Assembly: GCF_009914755.1 (NCBI RefSeq)
Contig: NC_060937.1
Source of the DNA: the human T2T-CHM13v2.0 reference genome, Homo sapiens
Strand: one strand, 5' to 3'
Length of the DNA: 64,000 nucleotides
Below are positions 61,701-64,000 of the stretch, one piece after another (within the stretch, counting starts at the first letter, position 1; the number at the start of each line of letters is the position of its first letter). The position numbers were made by a program, and so were the translations under genes. The notes under the pieces were generated by a model. That model saw only the letters and a program-made list of their open reading frames with translations. It ran no database searches and was not told the origin of the DNA.

Positions 61701-64000
61701 ATTCCATTCCATTCCATTGCATTCCATTCCTTTCCATTCTATTCCATTCCATTCTATTCCATTTGTGTTGCTTCCATTCCATTCCACTCCATTCCAATCC
61801 ATTACATTCCACTCGGGTTGAATCCTTTCCATTCCATTCCAATGCATACCCTTCCATTCAATTCCACTCGGATTCAATCAATTCCATTCTATTCCATTCC
61901 GTTCTGTTCCACTCCATTCCATTGCATTCCATACCATTCCATTCCACTCGGGTTGATTCCACTGAATTCCATCCCATTCCATTCCATTCCATGCTATTGC
62001 ATTCCATTCCATTCCATTCCACTCGTGTTGATTCCCTTCCATTCCATTCCATTCCATTCCACTTAGGTTGATTCCATTCCGTTCCTTTCCATTGCATGCC
62101 ATTCCATTCCATTCCATTCCATTCCATTCCATTCCATTCCATTCCATTCCGTTCCATTCCATTCCATTCGTGTTGATGCCATTCCAATCCATATCATTCC
62201 ATTCCATTGCATTCCATTCCGTTCCATTCCTTTCGTGTTGATTCCATTCCATTCCATTCCACTCCATTCCAATCCATTACATTCCACTCGGGTTGAGTCC
62301 ATTCCTTTCCATTCCAATCCATTCCATTCCTTTCCAATCCATTCCATTCCATTCAATTCCACACGGATTCAATCTATTCTTTCCATTCCATTCAGTTCTG
62401 CTCCATTCCAGTCCATTGCATTAGATACCATTCCATTCCACTCCACTCCGGTTGATTCCATTCCATTCCATTCCATTCCAATCCATTCCATTCCATTCCA
62501 CTCGGGTTGATTCCATTCCATTCCATTCCATTCCATTTTATTCCATTCCATTCCGTTCCATTCCATTCCATTCCATACCATTCCACTCGGGTTTATTCCA
62601 TACCATTCCATTCCATTCCACTCGGGTTGATTCCTTTCCATTCCATTCCATTCCATTCCATTCCACTACATTCCATTCCATTCCATTCCACTCCATTCCA
62701 ATCCATTCCATTACACTCGGGTTGATTCCATTCCATTCCATTCCATTCCATTCCATTCCATTCCGTTCCACTCAGGTTGATTCTTTTCCATTCCATTCCA
62801 TTTTATTCCACTCCACTCAGGTTGATTCCATTCCATTCCATTCCATTCCATTCCATTCCATTTCATTCCATTCCATTCCATTCCATTCCATTTCATTCCA
62901 TTCCATTCCATTCCATTCCATTTCATTCCATTCCATTCCATTCCATTCCATTTCATTCCATTCCATTCCATTCCATTCCATTTCACTCCATTCCATTCTA
63001 TTCCGTTCCACTGCATTCCAATCCATTCCATTCCACTCAAGTTGATTCCATTCCATTCCATTCCAATCTGTTCCACTCAGGTTGATTCTTTTCCATTCCA
63101 TTCCATTTTATTCCACTCCACTCGGGTTGATTCCTTTCCATTCCATTCCATTCCATTCCACTCCATTCCATTCCATTCCATTCCATTGCATTCCATTCGT
63201 TTTGATTCCATTGCATTCCATTCCATTCCACTCCATTCTATTCCATTTCGTTCCATTCCAGTTGATTCCATTCCTTTCCATTCCATTCCATTCCATTTCG
63301 TTCCATTCTACTTGGGTTGATTCCATTCCATTCCATTTTATTCCATTCGATTTCATTCCACTGGTGTTTATTCCATTCCACTCCATTCCATTCCATTCCA
63401 TTCGGGTTTATTCCATTTCATTCCATTCTATTACATTCCATTGCATTCCATTCCTTTCCATTCTATTCCATTTCATTCCATTCCATTTGTGTTGATTCCA
63501 TTCCATTCCATTCCATTCCATTCCATTCCACTCCATTCCATTCCATTCCACTCCATTCCATTCCATTCCATTCCACTCCATTCCAATCCATTCCATTCCA
63601 CTCGGGTTGATTCCCTTCCATTCCATTCCATTCCATTCCACTTGGGTTGATTCCATTCCGTTCCTTTCCATTGCATTCCATTCCATTCCATTCCATTCCA
63701 CTCCATTCCATTCCGTTCCATTCCATTCGTGTTGATGCCATTCCAATCCATACCATTCCATTCCATTTCATTCCATTCCGTTCCATTCCTTTCGTGTTGA
63801 TTCCATTCCATTCCATTCCACTCCATTCCAATCCATTACATTCCACTCGGGTTGAATCCATTCCTTTCCATTCCAATCCATTCCATTCCTTTCCAATCCA
63901 TTCCATTCCATTCAATTCCAAATGGACTCAATCTATTCTTTCCATTCCATTCCGTTCTGTTCCATTCCAGTCCATTGCATTCGATACCAATCCATTCCAC
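55760..64000 (+). repeat. Dispersed, diverged paralog of 16640-36860 lacking the internal amplification
   Basis: Collinear rare words: CAACTCGGATTGATTCCT (16913/56031), GGTTAATTCTTTT (17080/56188), CCTTTCTACTCG, GGTGTTTGTT, CCGGGGGATT, CCACACC. Landmarks 18066/57229 and 19670/58781 give a ~39.1-kb offset. Collinearity resumes at 34804/60799, 35433/62363 and 36782/63922. Confidence 0.8.
62836..62985 (+). repeat. Perfect 30-bp minisatellite [(TTCCA)5 TTTCA] x5
   Basis: TTTCA at 62861, 62891, 62921, 62951 and 62981, each separated by five perfect TTCCA. Confidence 0.9.

Larger units (their letters stand above)
322..63990 (+). repeat. Landmark motif CAATTCCAC-ATGGA(T/C)TCAATCTATTCTTTCC...TGCATTAGATACC, 38 copies, delimiting irregular kb-scale units
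   Basis: Starts at 322, 1171, 2303, 4189, 5806, 7239, 9122, 9701, 12724, 15243, 18066, 19670, 21368, 23346, 25304, 26997, 28675, 30743, 32701, 34804, 35433, 36782, 38351, 43353, 44912, 45905, 46379, 47782, 49491, 51969, 53033, 54417, 55606, 57229, 58781, 60799, 62363, 63922. Many coincide with the recurring MDS(I/V)YSF ORF starts. Spacing is 474-5002 bp, commonly ~1.55-2.1 kb. Confidence 0.9.
1..64000 (+). repeat. Satellite III (HSat3)-type array: diverged (CATTC)n/(GGAAT)n pentamer, single orientation
   Basis: Seen: ATTCC pentamers dominate every line, with single-base variants (ACTCC, ATTGC, TTTCC, AATCC, GTTCC, ATACC). No GGAAT-oriented (inverted) stretch was seen on +. Established: (ATTCC)n interspersed with A(C/T)TCGGGTTG defines human classical satellite III. 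Confidence 0.98.
1..64000 (+). repeat. Interspersed Sat III decamer ACTCGGGTTG(ATT) and variants (CTCGTGTTG, CTCAGGTTG, CTTGGGTTG, CTCTGGTTG, CTCCGGTTG, CTCGAGTTG)
   Basis: Seen every few tens to ~150 bp, e.g. 245, 689, 724, 819, 1361, 1446, 1481. It occupies two pentamer slots, so the register is kept. Many variants are CG>CA or CG>TG transitions. Confidence 0.95.

Noticed and set aside
1-64000. Hundreds of ORFs up to 385 aa (e.g. 47817-48974, 18585-19673, 23950-24993)
   Set aside because: (CATTC)n and (GAATG)n contain no stop codon in any frame and translate to HSIPF/MEWNG repeats. ORFs overlap in all six frames with no domain-like content. They are artefacts, used here only as alignment markers.
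1-64000. CRISPR-like appearance of the recurring CACTCGGGTTGATT motif
   Set aside because: The intervening sequence is itself pentamer repeat of irregular length, not unique spacers. There are no cas genes or leader, and the motif is the known Sat III decamer.
1-64000. HSat2, alpha satellite or telomeric repeat identity
   Set aside because: CATTCGATTC and ATGATG-rich HSat2 units are rare or absent. No 171-bp monomer and no TTAGGG tracts were seen.
1-64000. Assignment to a named array (DYZ1 ~3.6 kb, D15Z1 ~1.8 kb, 9q12) or to an HSat3 subfamily
   Set aside because: No constant period of those sizes is present, and assignment needs a k-mer or alignment search that I cannot run.
1-64000. Strand inversion or array boundary
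   Set aside because: No switch to GGAAT on the + strand and no flanking unique DNA were seen.

Overview
The whole 64 kb is primate pericentromeric/acrocentric-type Satellite III DNA (HSat3): a diverged (CATTC/ATTCC)n pentamer array punctuated by the classic Sat III decamer A(C/T)TCGGGTTG. It stays in one orientation throughout (C-rich strand on +). I see no genes, RNA genes, transposons or unique-sequence inserts. All listed ORFs are HSIPF/MEWNG repeats produced by a pentamer that has no stop codons. I find no new gene-based system. What is interesting is the array's internal architecture, read by eye without computed alignments. (1) A landmark motif recurs 38 times at irregular 0.5-5 kb spacing. 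(2) A young, highly homogeneous ~15.6 kb block (19.7-35.3 kb) is built from three chimeric ~1.7-2.1 kb units in the order A-B-C-A-A-B-C-B-C'. (3) An apparently unamplified paralog of the same locus lies ~39 kb downstream (55.8-64 kb), giving a before/after view of higher-order repeat formation. (4) Length changes are almost strictly quantised in 5-bp steps. (5) There is a CpG-decayed island at ~40.3-41.6 kb and several small tandem duplications, including a nascent 30-bp minisatellite. Species (human or other great ape), chromosome and HSat3 subfamily cannot be fixed from the sequence alone.
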